DNA from: an uncultured Ruficoccus sp.
Lineage (GTDB): Bacteria > Verrucomicrobiota > Verrucomicrobiia > Opitutales > Cerasicoccaceae
Length of the DNA stretch: 47,160 nt
Assembly: GCA_965140785.1 (NCBI GenBank)
Contig: OZ223501.1
Coordinates: forward strand, 1 to 47,160
Direction of reading: 5' to 3'
Shown: positions 23,893 to 33,892 of the stretch, in pieces
Position numbering within the stretch: the first letter of the stretch is position 1
How the letters are laid out: each line of letters opens with the position of its first letter
Position numbers and translations under genes: made by a program
Notes under the pieces: generated by a model
Database searches by the model: none
Told to the model about the DNA's origin: nothing
The model's input: the letters and a program-made list of their open reading frames with translations, nothing else

Positions 23893-25512
23893 TTACGGAT
23901 ACGTGACCAGTAGCTCCTCGATCTCGGCGCGCTTGGCGTGGTCGGCGGGGGCGAGGTCGAGGAAAGTCTGGTACATGATGCGGGCGTTGCGCGGGTTGCG
24001 CTCGATCTTGTCGTAGCCGCGGGCCAGGGCCAGGGCGATGTCAGGACTGTCCGGGAACTGCTCGTAGGCCACAACCAGTTCATCCATCAGGCGCTGGCGG
24101 CTCTGGCTCTTCTGGATGACGCGCAGGTACTGAGCGCGGTACTGAAGGTTGCGGGGCTGGCGGCGCATGGCCTCGGAGGCGTAGAGCTCGGCCTGCTGCC
24201 ACTGGCCGATGGCGTAGTAGGCGCGGGAAAGGTCGTAGTAGGTCGTGGCGCTCTCGCTGTTTTCGTTGGCCAGGGAAAGCTGGAAGTGGCGGATGGCCCC
24301 GGCGTAGTTCCCCTCCTGATAGGCGATGACGCCCTTCTCGTACTCATTGGTGGGCTCGGGCATCTCCGGCTCGGGCGCGGGAAGCTCGCTCTCGGTGTCG
24401 GCCAGGGGGGTGGGGGCGACGCCGTCGCCGGTCGTTTCGCCCTCGGCGAGAACGGAGAGTTTGGTCACGGCCCCGCCTCTACCGCTTGCGCTCCAGGTCG
24501 AGGTGACGACAGCGGGCTGGGGCGTGCCAGTCGTGGCCGTTTCGGGACCGGTCACGGTATCCTCGCCGGCGGGGGCGACGTCCTCGGCATCGACGACCTT
24601 GGTGCCGCCGGCAGCGTCGGGAATATCGGACACGTGGGTGGTGCCGGTGTCCGCCGGTGCGCCGGTGGTCGTGGCAGGAGGAACGTCCTGCGGGGTGGGG
24701 ACTTGAATTTGGGTGGTGGCGTGAAGGTTCTGCAACTGCTGGCGTACGCCGGAGAGATCGCTGTCGTCGAGCAGGCCGGGGGAGGTCTGGTCGAGCTTGG
24801 CCACGAGTTGCTCGGCCTGGTCCCAGTGCTCGCGGGCCAGCGCCAGCCGCAGCAGCCCGAGGCGGGCGGCGGTGTGGGCGTCGTCCTGGTCGGGCAGTTT
24901 GAGGGCGTAGTTCCACCAGTCACCGGCCTGGGCCTGGTTGCCGAGCTGGTAGTACAGGTTGCCCAGTTCGACGGCCTCGTTGACGTCCGGTTTGCCGGTC
25001 CCGGCCTTGAAGGCGCGCAGCCAGGCATCGAGGGAGGGCTGGAGCTTGCCGGCGGACCGGTGGGCCCGGGCGAGTTGCTTCCAGGCTCCGGCGTCCAGCG
25101 GCTCGCTGGCGAGGTAGTTCTGGTAAGCGGTGGCGGCGGCTCCCCAATCCTCCATCTGCGTGTGAGACTGGGCGGCGAAGAGCGCGAGGTCGGAGCGGGA
25201 GTTGTCCAGCTCGTAGGCCTGGTCGAAGTAAAAGGCGGCCATCGCGGGGTCGGGCACCTCCGAGTAGGCGAAGGCGAGCTGCTCGATCACAGCGGGGCGG
25301 TTGGGGTGGTCGGCGTCGAGCACCTCCAGCAGGCTGACAGCCTGATCGACATTGCCGTTGTAGAGGAGGCGCTTGGCGGTGTCGAGCTGGGCAGCGACTT
25401 CCGCATCGATGCGCGCCTGTTCGGCCTCGGGGTCACTGCGAGAGCAACCGGCCACGAAAAAGGTTGCCACTGCTAAATAAATGGCCGCAATCTTGCCGAC
25501 TGATATAGACAT
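23893..25512 (-). CDS. TPR-repeat lipoprotein
   Basis: Start at MSISVGKIAAIYLAVATFFVAGC (lipobox VAGC); two TPR clusters separated by a Thr/Pro-rich linker. Confidence 0.85.
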   Translation of the reverse strand: MSISVGKIAAIYLAVATFFVAGCSRSDPEAEQARIDAEVAAQLDTAKRLLYNGNVDQAVSLLEVLDADHPNRPAVIEQLAFAYSEVPDPAMAAFYFDQAYELDNSRSDLALFAAQSHTQMEDWGAAATAYQNYLASEPLDAGAWKQLARAHRSAGKLQPSLDAWLRAFKAGTGKPDVNEAVELGNLYYQLGNQAQAGDWWNYALKLPDQDDAHTAARLGLLRLALAREHWDQAEQLVAKLDQTSPGLLDDSDLSGVRQQLQNLHATTQIQVPTPQDVPPATTTGAPADTGTTHVSDIPDAAGGTKVVDAEDVAPAGEDTVTGPETATTGTPQPAVVTSTWSASGRGGAVTKLSVLAEGETTGDGVAPTPLADTESELPAPEPEMPEPTNEYEKGVIAYQEGNYAGAIRHFQLSLANENSESATTYYDLSRAYYAIGQWQQAELYASEAMRRQPRNLQYRAQYLRVIQKSQSRQRLMDELVVAYEQFPDSPDIALALARGYDKIERNPRNARIMYQTFLDLAPADHAKRAEIEELLVTYP

Positions 25513-25569
25513 GCCCGTTCTTATGTCGGACAATGTCTTGCCCAGCGTAAACTCTGTCAAGTATTGAGA

Positions 25570-26622
25570 ATGCCTGTCTTTTCCCGATTGATCCTGCTTT
25601 CCCTGGTAATTGTGCTCCTGCGTCCCGCTTTTGGAGCCGATTACACCCCCGATTCCGACCTCCAGTCCTACGTCTGGGAGTACCCGATGAAGAGTTTCAA
25701 CTACTACGGCTACCTGGCCGGAGTTGAAACGCTCGTGCGGACCTACGAGGATACCAGCGGCAACAAGCTCCAGCCGGGCGAGCACGGCGTGGTCGGGATC
25801 AAGATCTACACCTCCTCCGGGCCGGGCCTGCGTACCCCGCCGAATCTTATCCGGGCCGTGGTGACGGCGCTGGAGCAGCGCGGCTTCGACCGCAAAAATA
25901 TTTTCCTGCTCGATCTCAACAGCGAGCGGCTGCGCGACTGCGGCTTTCTGCCCCGGCGCGAGAACCAGCCGAAGGAGTTCGAGGGCATCCCCGTGTACGC
26001 GCTCGATAGCGGCGAGTACTACAATAAGGAGTGGTTCTACGACTCCAACCTGCCTTCGCGTGAGCGGGTGGCGATGGCCGCGGCCAACTCGCGCTTCAGC
26101 TACGAGGACGATCCCGAAGAGCGCAAGAGCTACCTGGCCTATCCGCTGATTTCCCAGGTCGATTTCTGGATCAACCTGCCCATGGCCGCCGATAACAAGG
26201 CACTCGGCATCAGCGGCGCGCTGGCCAACGCCACGCTCTGGAACATCAGCAACAACACGCGCTTTTTCGCCAGCCCGGCCAACGCGCCGGTGGCCACGGC
26301 GGAAATCGCCGCCATCCCCGAGCTGCGCGAGACCTGGATTTTTACCCTGCAAACGCTGGAGCGTTACCAGTTCATGGGCGGGCCGCGCTTCGACTCCCTC
26401 TATACGGGGCAGGAGCCCAAGCTCTGGCTCAGTGCCAACCCGGTGGCGATCGACTACCTGATGTGGCGCCGCATCTACAACGGACGCGCCCGTGAGCGCT
26501 TCCCGGTGCCGGAGCGCGACCCTCAGCTCTTCGAGTACGCCCAGGCCGTGGGGCTGGGTAACTACAAGCTCGAAGACCTCAAGCTCGTCCGCCTGCAAAA
26601 GGCAGACGGCAGCAACGACTGA
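25570..26622 (+). CDS. Secreted DUF362-like protein
   Basis: VGIKI...TPPNLIRAVVTALEQRG, DFWINLP, GISGALAN and SANPVAID resemble DUF362 blocks; N-terminal signal peptide. Confidence 0.7.
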   Translation: MPVFSRLILLSLVIVLLRPAFGADYTPDSDLQSYVWEYPMKSFNYYGYLAGVETLVRTYEDTSGNKLQPGEHGVVGIKIYTSSGPGLRTPPNLIRAVVTALEQRGFDRKNIFLLDLNSERLRDCGFLPRRENQPKEFEGIPVYALDSGEYYNKEWFYDSNLPSRERVAMAAANSRFSYEDDPEERKSYLAYPLISQVDFWINLPMAADNKALGISGALANATLWNISNNTRFFASPANAPVATAEIAAIPELRETWIFTLQTLERYQFMGGPRFDSLYTGQEPKLWLSANPVAIDYLMWRRIYNGRARERFPVPERDPQLFEYAQAVGLGNYKLEDLKLVRLQKADGSND

Positions 26623-26706
26623 GCTTTTTCTCATTTGTCCAGATAGCCGGGGGCGTCGGAACGGCATAGAATCGTGTCAGAACCGGGCGGCTTTTTTATT
26701 TTAACT

Positions 26707-26819
26707 CCAGAGACACAGAGGCCGACAGGTGGGGCTTCAAGGCATTTCCCCCACCGTGTGCGACAAAATTAAATCGATGGTGCTCTAAAATAATCTGTGC
26801 CCCTCTGCGGAATCTGTGG
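26707..26819. repeat. Inverted nonamer-type arrays (CACAGAG / CTCTGTG)
   Basis: CCAGAGACACAGAGG...ATCTGTGCCCCTCTGCGGAATCTGTGG; related units at 40016-40027 and 40135-40161. Confidence 0.55.
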
Positions 26820-27011
26820 ATGAAAAAAACGCAATCGCTACGGCTTTGCTCAAACTGGGCGGACGTAGGGGAAGTCGCCGGGTTTCATTGGTGGCTCCGG
26901 GCTTGACCGGCCCTGCCCAAGGACGGGCGCGTACGAATAAAAAAACCGCCTAATTAGCGGGCGGTGCGTGGCGACACCTAGTCGCTTTTGTCGATGCCCC
27001 GGGGCGGGCGC

Positions 27012-27560
27012 TTAATCGGCGTCTTTGTCCTTGATGTACTCGAACTTGATCGAGCAGACCCACTTTGAGCCGAACTTTTCAAAGCCGACAGCTTTGAGCC
27101 AGAAGCGATTATTGTTGGCGCGGCTCAGGCTCTGGGCGCGGTCGTCTTTCTTGTCGTTGATCCGGGAAATACTGCGGCAGGACTTGGCGATGATGTCTTC
27201 GGCCTTACCCATGGCGTCGGCCAAGGCACGCTCGCAGGTGCTGCCATATCCATTGGTGACCTGCTGGTTCTTGGTCTGGGTGGCCTCCAGGTAGATCTTA
27301 TGCTGGATAAGCAACCGGCAGTAGAAGACGCCGTCCCCGACGTCCATGACAATGGCCTTGTTCTCAAAATCGCCGTTGATTGTCCGCCTCTTGGCTAGGT
27401 CAAGTGCTTCATTTTCAGCACGTTCCGGGTCATCATCATCGAAACCGACGACAAACTCGGTGATGGTCTCGTTGGGCTTGTTTAGTTCTACCGCAAACCC
27501 CCGTACACTCGCCAACGCACACAGTGTAAATACAAGAGTATATTTTCTCCACAAACCCAC
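27012..27560 (-). CDS. Hypothetical secreted protein
   Basis: Signal peptide ending RGFA; four Cys in the mature part; two similar G-x-x-x-x-ERA-x-x-[ED]A segments. Confidence 0.75.
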   Translation of the reverse strand: MGLWRKYTLVFTLCALASVRGFAVELNKPNETITEFVVGFDDDDPERAENEALDLAKRRTINGDFENKAIVMDVGDGVFYCRLLIQHKIYLEATQTKNQQVTNGYGSTCERALADAMGKAEDIIAKSCRSISRINDKKDDRAQSLSRANNNRFWLKAVGFEKFGSKWVCSIKFEYIKDKDAD

Positions 27561-27690
27561 GACCGCCTATTAAGTAAGGAAATAAAGATGGCTGTCAATC
27601 TTGACATGACGTAAATTTCACCCCATCGCGGGTTAAATGTCCGCTGCTAGTCAGGATTACGCACCGTAATGTCCGCTCTTGGCGAACCGA

Positions 27691-28356
27691 TCAGGGGCGG
27701 GAGGCTTCCAGGGTACGGACAAATTCGGCCCGGTCGGCATGCTTGAAGAAGGCCGTGCCAGCGACAAAAGTGTCGGCTCCGGCGTCGCGGCAGCGCAGGC
27801 CGGTTTCGAGGTTGACGCCGCCATCGACCTCGATCCGCCACTGGTAGCCGTGCTGTTCACGCCAGTGGGCGACCTTTTCGATCTTGGGCAGGACATCCTC
27901 GCGGAAAGACTGGCCCCCGAAACCCGGCTGAACGGTCATCAGGAGTACCAGGTCAACTGCTTCCAGATAAGGTTCGAGCATCTCCACCGGCGTACCAGGA
28001 TTGATGCAGATGCCGCAGGTGGCGCCTTTTTCGCGGATGTGGCGCAGGGTTTCCGCCTTTGGGTAGTCTGGCTCGGCGTGGATGGTGACATTTTGGGCCC
28101 CCGCCTCGATGAAGGCGTCCACGTAAAGCTGGGGGTTGTCGAGCATCAGGTGCACGTCGAAAAACAGTTCGCTGCCCCCGCGCAGATCGGCCACCGTTTG
28201 CGGGCCAAAGCTGAGATTGGGCACGAAATGGCCGTCCATGATGTCGATGTGGACCCAGGCGACCCCATCGGTTTGTTCGGCCTGGGCCAGGCTGTCGGCG
28301 AGACGGGCGTGGTTGCCGGCCAGGATAGAAGGAGCGACGCGCGGGCGGTTGGACAT
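27691..28356 (-). CDS. rpe: Ribulose-phosphate 3-epimerase
   Basis: APSIL, HIDIMDGHFVPNLSFG, DVHLM, MTVQPGFGGQSF and EVDGGV. Confidence 0.97.
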   Translation of the reverse strand: MSNRPRVAPSILAGNHARLADSLAQAEQTDGVAWVHIDIMDGHFVPNLSFGPQTVADLRGGSELFFDVHLMLDNPQLYVDAFIEAGAQNVTIHAEPDYPKAETLRHIREKGATCGICINPGTPVEMLEPYLEAVDLVLLMTVQPGFGGQSFREDVLPKIEKVAHWREQHGYQWRIEVDGGVNLETGLRCRDAGADTFVAGTAFFKHADRAEFVRTLEASRP

Positions 28357-28366
28357 GGCAGTTACC

Positions 28367-28888
28367 TTACCAGACGCTGACGACGGAGTCTCCAATTTTC
28401 TTGGCCATCTCGCGGGTCAGCACCGGCATGGCCTGAAATTCTGCGATCTGGAAACCGCCCTGGACGAAAGCCTGCTGCTCGGCCCAGATTTCGCGGCCCT
28501 TCATCAACACTTCCCCGGTGCGGTTGTCGGTCAGGGTAACGAGGCACTGCATGCGCAGGATGTACGACTGGGCCAGCCCGGTGTCCTTACTCTGCGTGGC
28601 GCCCACTGTTCGCTGGTAATCGGCAATGACGATTTCGAGCGTGGCGTTGGCCGAGGGGTCCTCGACGATCTTCAGGTTATTGTGCCCCTGGAGATTGGTA
28701 ATGGTCTGGTCGGTCAGCAAGGCTCCGGCCTGGGGGGCGTAGGAGCGGTTGATGGCCGGCTTGACGTACAGCGTGTGAAAGGGCAGCTCTCCGGGTGGGC
28801 CGAGGCGGTAGTGCGAGCAGGCGCCGAGCACAAGCGCGAGCGCGGCCAATGCGAGGAGGGGCAGGCGGAAACGGGCGGGAGAGGACAT
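28367..28888 (-). CDS. lptE: LptE-family lipoprotein
   Basis: Lipobox LGAC followed by SHYRLG; LptE-like size and layout; directly downstream of bamD. Confidence 0.75.
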   Translation of the reverse strand: MSSPARFRLPLLALAALALVLGACSHYRLGPPGELPFHTLYVKPAINRSYAPQAGALLTDQTITNLQGHNNLKIVEDPSANATLEIVIADYQRTVGATQSKDTGLAQSYILRMQCLVTLTDNRTGEVLMKGREIWAEQQAFVQGGFQIAEFQAMPVLTREMAKKIGDSVVSVW

Positions 28889-28893
28889 CGTGC

Positions 28894-30285
28894 TTACTGG
28901 GCTCCGGCGGGCAGGTTCGGATTTTCAGCCGCTTCGGTCTGTGCCTTGTCCACGGCCTGCTGCTGGGGAGTGTTCGGGCCGGGCAGTTCGACCGGGAAGA
29001 GATTGTTCACGTCGAATTCCGGGCCGAGCATGGGATCGGCGGGCCACATGCCGTCGTAGGGCTCCATGATGGGATCGTCCAGGAACGGATCGGCCATCGG
29101 CACGCCTACGCCCATGTAATCCTGGGTGGTGCCGGTCTCCGGATCGTAAGTTTCCACGGCTTCGGCTCCCGGCGTTTCCAGGAACTGGTCGGTCTGCTCG
29201 ATCTGGAAGCCTTCGTCCTCCAGCATATCGATCTCGCTCTGGTCGGCGTACTGGCGGTCGGAGGGCTCCTTGTAGCGACCGAAGACCCAGTCGTAGGGGG
29301 TCATGGGCGGCTTTTCGCCCGACTTGATGCGGATGATCAGCTCGCGGGCCTTGCGGGCGCTGGGCGTCTCGGGGGCCACGGTGATGGCTTCGTTCAGAAA
29401 GATCAGGGCGGCGCGGGGATTGTTGCGGTATTCCCAGTAAAAGGTGCCCATGTCGTAGCGGTTGGCGGAGAGGGTCTCCTGCATGTAATAAAGGCCCGCC
29501 TCGGCCTCGGAGATACTGGAGGAGTCCGGGAAGAGGATGAGGAAGTCCTTGTAATAGGCAATGGACTGGCGGGTGGCGCCCTGGTCGTACTGGGGACCCT
29601 GGACGAGCGCACCGTAGGTCTGGGCCAGGCTCAGGTAGGCGTCCGAGGTGATGAAGCTGTCCGGGTAGTTGTTGATCAGCCGGTCAAGGGCGTCGATGGC
29701 CTCTTCGGGCTTTTCGTTGTCATTGGCCACCATGGCGAGATTCATCAGGGCCATGGGGGCGTAGTCGCTGTACGGAGCGCTCTGGACGACCTCCTCGTAG
29801 GCCTTGGTCGATATCTCGGAGTTGTAAAAGCCCGGGATCAGGCCCCAATAGTAGGGGATGGAGCCGTCCTGGACTTTTTCCCCGATGATGTAGAGCTGCT
29901 GCACGACCAGATTGAAGTCCTCGTAGTTGGGGTACTTCTTGATAATCTTTTGGAGCTCCTTGGTGGCGCTTTCGTACTGGTTGCGGTCGATGTAGATGAC
30001 CGCGCGCTGGTAGAGCGCCTCCGGGGCGAAAATCGAATTCGGGTAGTCTGCGATGACATCGTCATAGAGATCGAGGGCAGACCACTGGTTGCCGTCTTCC
30101 TGCTCCTTGCGGGCGGCATTCATGAGCTCGATGGCGCTGCTATAGTCCTCGCCGGAAGGGCCGACGAGCTTATCGCTTGCGCCGCCGACGACGTGCCAGC
30201 CCTCATCGGGCGTCCACACCAACTCGGCCCGCAGGGCGGTCAGGGTAGTCAGAAACAGAAGAGTTGTCAGGAGTCGTATCCCCAT
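28894..30285 (-). CDS. bamD: Outer-membrane assembly factor BamD-like TPR protein
   Basis: TPR repeats with YP.S motifs; YDQGATRQSI.YY..FL..FP.S and MGTFYW are typical of BamD; acidic C-terminal tail. Confidence 0.75.
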   Translation of the reverse strand: MGIRLLTTLLFLTTLTALRAELVWTPDEGWHVVGGASDKLVGPSGEDYSSAIELMNAARKEQEDGNQWSALDLYDDVIADYPNSIFAPEALYQRAVIYIDRNQYESATKELQKIIKKYPNYEDFNLVVQQLYIIGEKVQDGSIPYYWGLIPGFYNSEISTKAYEEVVQSAPYSDYAPMALMNLAMVANDNEKPEEAIDALDRLINNYPDSFITSDAYLSLAQTYGALVQGPQYDQGATRQSIAYYKDFLILFPDSSSISEAEAGLYYMQETLSANRYDMGTFYWEYRNNPRAALIFLNEAITVAPETPSARKARELIIRIKSGEKPPMTPYDWVFGRYKEPSDRQYADQSEIDMLEDEGFQIEQTDQFLETPGAEAVETYDPETGTTQDYMGVGVPMADPFLDDPIMEPYDGMWPADPMLGPEFDVNNLFPVELPGPNTPQQQAVDKAQTEAAENPNLPAGAQ

Positions 30286-30302
30286 ATTTATAAATCACTG
30301 TG

Positions 30303-30812
30303 TTAGCTGCCGCTTGGCTTGGCAAGCTCTCCTTTGTCGCGAGGTCCGCACGCGGCGCAATCTTTTTTTGGACGGGACGGGTCGTCGATGGCGAAATAGA
30401 TTGTGCGGCCCATTTCGGGCAGGGTAACGGCGGTGGCCTGGTGGTTGGCCATAACGCCCTCGATCTCGACTGTTTCCGCGCGTGTCTGGGCGGTGAGACC
30501 GCCGTCCGTGGCCGGTTCGAAGCCAGTGAAATCGATCACCTCCACTGTGCCCGCGTAGGCGATCTCGCCGGTCTCGGTCAGGGTGGGCTTGAGGGTGACG
30601 ATGGTTCCGGCGAAAATGCTCTCCTCGGTCCCGGGGATGGAAATGCGTTGGCCGCTGCGCAACTGGCTGGTTTTGCCCAGCACGAACTTGGCGGGCTTGC
30701 TCTTGCCCAGGAGGCGAAACTCAACCGACGGCGGCTCACTCGCCGCCGCTTCCGCCGCCCGGACACAGGGAGTCAGGGCCAGGCACAGTAGCAGAAGGAT
30801 GAGCAGACGCAT
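30303..30812 (-). CDS. Hypothetical secreted protein resembling part of a secretin domain
   Basis: Signal peptide; GQRISIP...GTIVTLKPTLTETGEI...EVIDFTGF pattern. Confidence 0.6.
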   Translation of the reverse strand: MRLLILLLLCLALTPCVRAAEAAASEPPSVEFRLLGKSKPAKFVLGKTSQLRSGQRISIPGTEESIFAGTIVTLKPTLTETGEIAYAGTVEVIDFTGFEPATDGGLTAQTRAETVEIEGVMANHQATAVTLPEMGRTIYFAIDDPSRPKKDCAACGPRDKGELAKPSGS

Positions 30813-30934
30813 ACGGAAAGAGTTATGGGTGATTCGTCATTGGTGGGGGAGGGGCCCCGGCGAGAGGCGCAATAGTACGGGCACCTTTGGCCGTCTTTGT
30901 GGGGTTATTCTCAACCATGACCGTCGTTTGCGCT

Positions 30935-30976
30935 CAATAACAAATGACCAATAACGAGTGACTAATGACCATTGAC
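30935..30976. repeat. Heptamer tandem array (consensus AATGACY)
   Basis: CAATAAC AAATGAC CAATAAC GAGTGAC TAATGAC CATTGAC; a partial inverted unit GTCATTGG lies at about 30836. Confidence 0.65.
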
Positions 30977-30982
30977 CCAGGA

Positions 30983-31981
<999 letters not shown>

Positions 31982-32068
31982 TGACTCAAGGGTGGCGGCA
32001 CCGCCCGGTCGGGGGTGCAGAGTGATCTGGTCTTGAATAGCGCAAGACCTTGGCGGAAAAAAACTGCC

Positions 32069-33151
32069 TTAACCAGAAAATTCTACGCTCCGGGCGGGTT
32101 CCGGGGTGGATTTCGCCAGCGAGTTGGCTTTCTCAATGGTATCGCCGATATGGGCGTTCATGTCGTGGTCGAGGGCGTCGCAGGCGATGCGGATGGCGCT
32201 CTTGATAAAGGCCCGGTTGCTGGAGCCGTGCGCCTTGACCACCAGGCCGTTGAGGCCGAGTAGCGGCGCGCCCGCGTAATGCTCGGGGCTGAAGGTCTGC
32301 TTGATGCTGGCGAGCGCGCCCTTGTTGAGCAGCGCTCCGGCCTTGCGCCATGGGTTGGCGGTGAACTCGCGCTTGAGCACGGACTTGAGCGTGACGATGC
32401 AGGACTCCAGAGTCTTAAGCAGCACGTTTCCGGTAAAACCATCGCAGACCACGACATCGGCGACGTTGCGGAAGGTGTCAAAGCCCTCGATCAGCCCGAT
32501 GTAGTTGATGTCGCCGTTCATCTGCTTGAGCAGCCCGTGCGCCTCGGCGATGCGGGCTGTGCCCTTGCCCTCTTCGGTGCCGATCGTCAGCAGGCCGACC
32601 CGGGGCCGGGCGATGGGAAAAATCGCCCGCGCGTAGGCTTCGCCGAGGATGGCATTGTGGACAAGCTGCCGGGCCGTCGTCTCCGGCTGGGCGCCGGCGT
32701 CGAGCAGGATGAAGTGGTGGTCCATGCTCGGGATGACGGCGGGCAGGGCGGGGCGCTCCACGCCGGGCAGCTTTTTCAAGATGAGGGTGGACGAGAACAT
32801 GAGCGCGCCGGTGTTGCCGCAGCTGACGGCGGCGTCCGCCTGGCCCGAGCGCACCAGATCGATAACCCGCAGCAGGGAGGACTCCTTGCGCCGGAAGGCG
32901 GCCTTGGGCTTCTCGTCCATGGCGATGACGTCCGGGGCGTGCTCCACCTTGACCTTGGGATGGTCATTGAGGCCCGCTTCGCGCAGCAGGGGCACGAGTT
33001 CTTCCTGGCGACCGGTCAGGATGACTTTCTTCAACTTGGTCCAATCGGAGCCGTCGAGCCCCAGTCGGACGGCGGCAATCACCTCCGACGGCCCGAGGTC
33101 ACCCCCCATTGCATCCACCGCTACGGTGGCCCCACACGTCTTTTCAGCCAT
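32069..33151 (-). CDS. plsX: Phosphate acyltransferase PlsX
   Basis: VDAMGGD, SCGNTGA, GTEEGKG, DGFTGNVLLK and VKAHGSS. Confidence 0.97.
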   Translation of the reverse strand: MAEKTCGATVAVDAMGGDLGPSEVIAAVRLGLDGSDWTKLKKVILTGRQEELVPLLREAGLNDHPKVKVEHAPDVIAMDEKPKAAFRRKESSLLRVIDLVRSGQADAAVSCGNTGALMFSSTLILKKLPGVERPALPAVIPSMDHHFILLDAGAQPETTARQLVHNAILGEAYARAIFPIARPRVGLLTIGTEEGKGTARIAEAHGLLKQMNGDINYIGLIEGFDTFRNVADVVVCDGFTGNVLLKTLESCIVTLKSVLKREFTANPWRKAGALLNKGALASIKQTFSPEHYAGAPLLGLNGLVVKAHGSSNRAFIKSAIRIACDALDHDMNAHIGDTIEKANSLAKSTPEPARSVEFSG

Positions 33152-33348
33152 GGGTGCATAAGCTGGGTGGATCGTGCAAAAGGGTCAAGGATAACTACTT
33201 GGCCTTCTCAACCGCTAAATCCTCTTCTCTTTGTGCGTCTTGGACCGCTTTTACGCCTATGGCAGCAGGCGCTTTTGTTGCAAAATTGTAATAATCAGGC
33301 TGTTTCGACCCCCCTAAAGACCGTGCCGGGCAGCGGCCGAAGGGAGCG

Positions 33349-33564
33349 GCAGGACTCAGTCCTGCACCTGTGATGCTCACGCATCACTGATGCCGCCGCC
33401 AACGCAGCGGCATGGGCCATGGTGATTGTCGCCAATTCAAACAAATTTCACTCGTCCCACACAGGGAGGGCGCGAAATCTGTAGGCAAATGGGTATTGAC
33501 TGCGAGCGATGGGGCAAAGCCGCATTCCGGTGCTATAGCACCGAGGGTGCAGGGCTAGCCCTGC
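33349..33564. repeat. REPIN-like element: three-hairpin motif plus an inverted hairpin-ACC unit
   Basis: GCAGGAC-TCA-GTCCTGC ACCT GTGATGC-TCAC-GCATCAC TG ATGCCGC-N10-GCGGCAT (33349-33413); on the opposite strand GCAGGGC-TA-GCCCTGC ACCCTCGG (33541-33564). Confidence 0.7.
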
Positions 33565-33596
33565 AAAAAAACCGGCACGCGCGAGCATACCGGTTT
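33565..33596 (-). terminator. Intrinsic terminator after rpmF
   Basis: Minus strand AAACCGGTATGC-TCGC-GCGTGCCGGTTT followed by a T-run. Confidence 0.7.
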
Positions 33597-33623
33597 CCGT
33601 GGAAAAAGTTTTGTGCTTCTGGC

Positions 33624-33803
33624 TTAGAGATCGACTTCGATCACCTGCCGTCCACGGTACATGCCGTTGGCGGGGTTGACGCGGTGCGGCAGATGGGCGG
33701 TGCCGTCGGTCGGGTCCTTGGCGAGCAAGGGAGCCTTGAAGCGATTGGCGCCGCGGCGTTTCGCGCTGCGCATTTTGGAGTGTTTACGTTTCGGTTGTGC
33801 CAT
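33624..33803 (-). CDS. rpmF: 50S ribosomal protein bL32 (59 aa, Cys-free)
   Basis: Manual translation: MAQPKRKHSKMRSAKRRGANRFKAPLLAKDPTDGTAHLPHRVNPANGMYRGRQVIEVDL; upstream of plsX-fabH. Below the ORF-track length cutoff. Confidence 0.95.
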   Translation of the reverse strand: MAQPKRKHSKMRSAKRRGANRFKAPLLAKDPTDGTAHLPHRVNPANGMYRGRQVIEVDL

Positions 33804-33835
33804 CGTCGGAAAGGGTTAGTCGTGAAAAGCGGAGA

Positions 33836-33864
33836 AAACTGAGCCCGATCCCGGCTGTCGTCAA
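33836..33864 (-). promoter_or_regulatory. Putative sigma70 promoter of rpmF
   Basis: TTGACG-N17-CAGTTT. Confidence 0.45.
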
Positions 33865-33892
33865 GCCTAATACCAGAATTTTATGCGCCGTT

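Noticed and set aside
25513..26667. 924-aa ORF extension of the TPR lipoprotein
   Set aside because: It is the antisense shadow of the DUF362-like gene; the lipoprotein signal begins at 25512.
33349..33418. Hammerhead or other known ribozyme as the identity of the three-hairpin motif
   Set aside because: The CUGAnGA and GAAA core is absent and there is no closing stem forming a junction.
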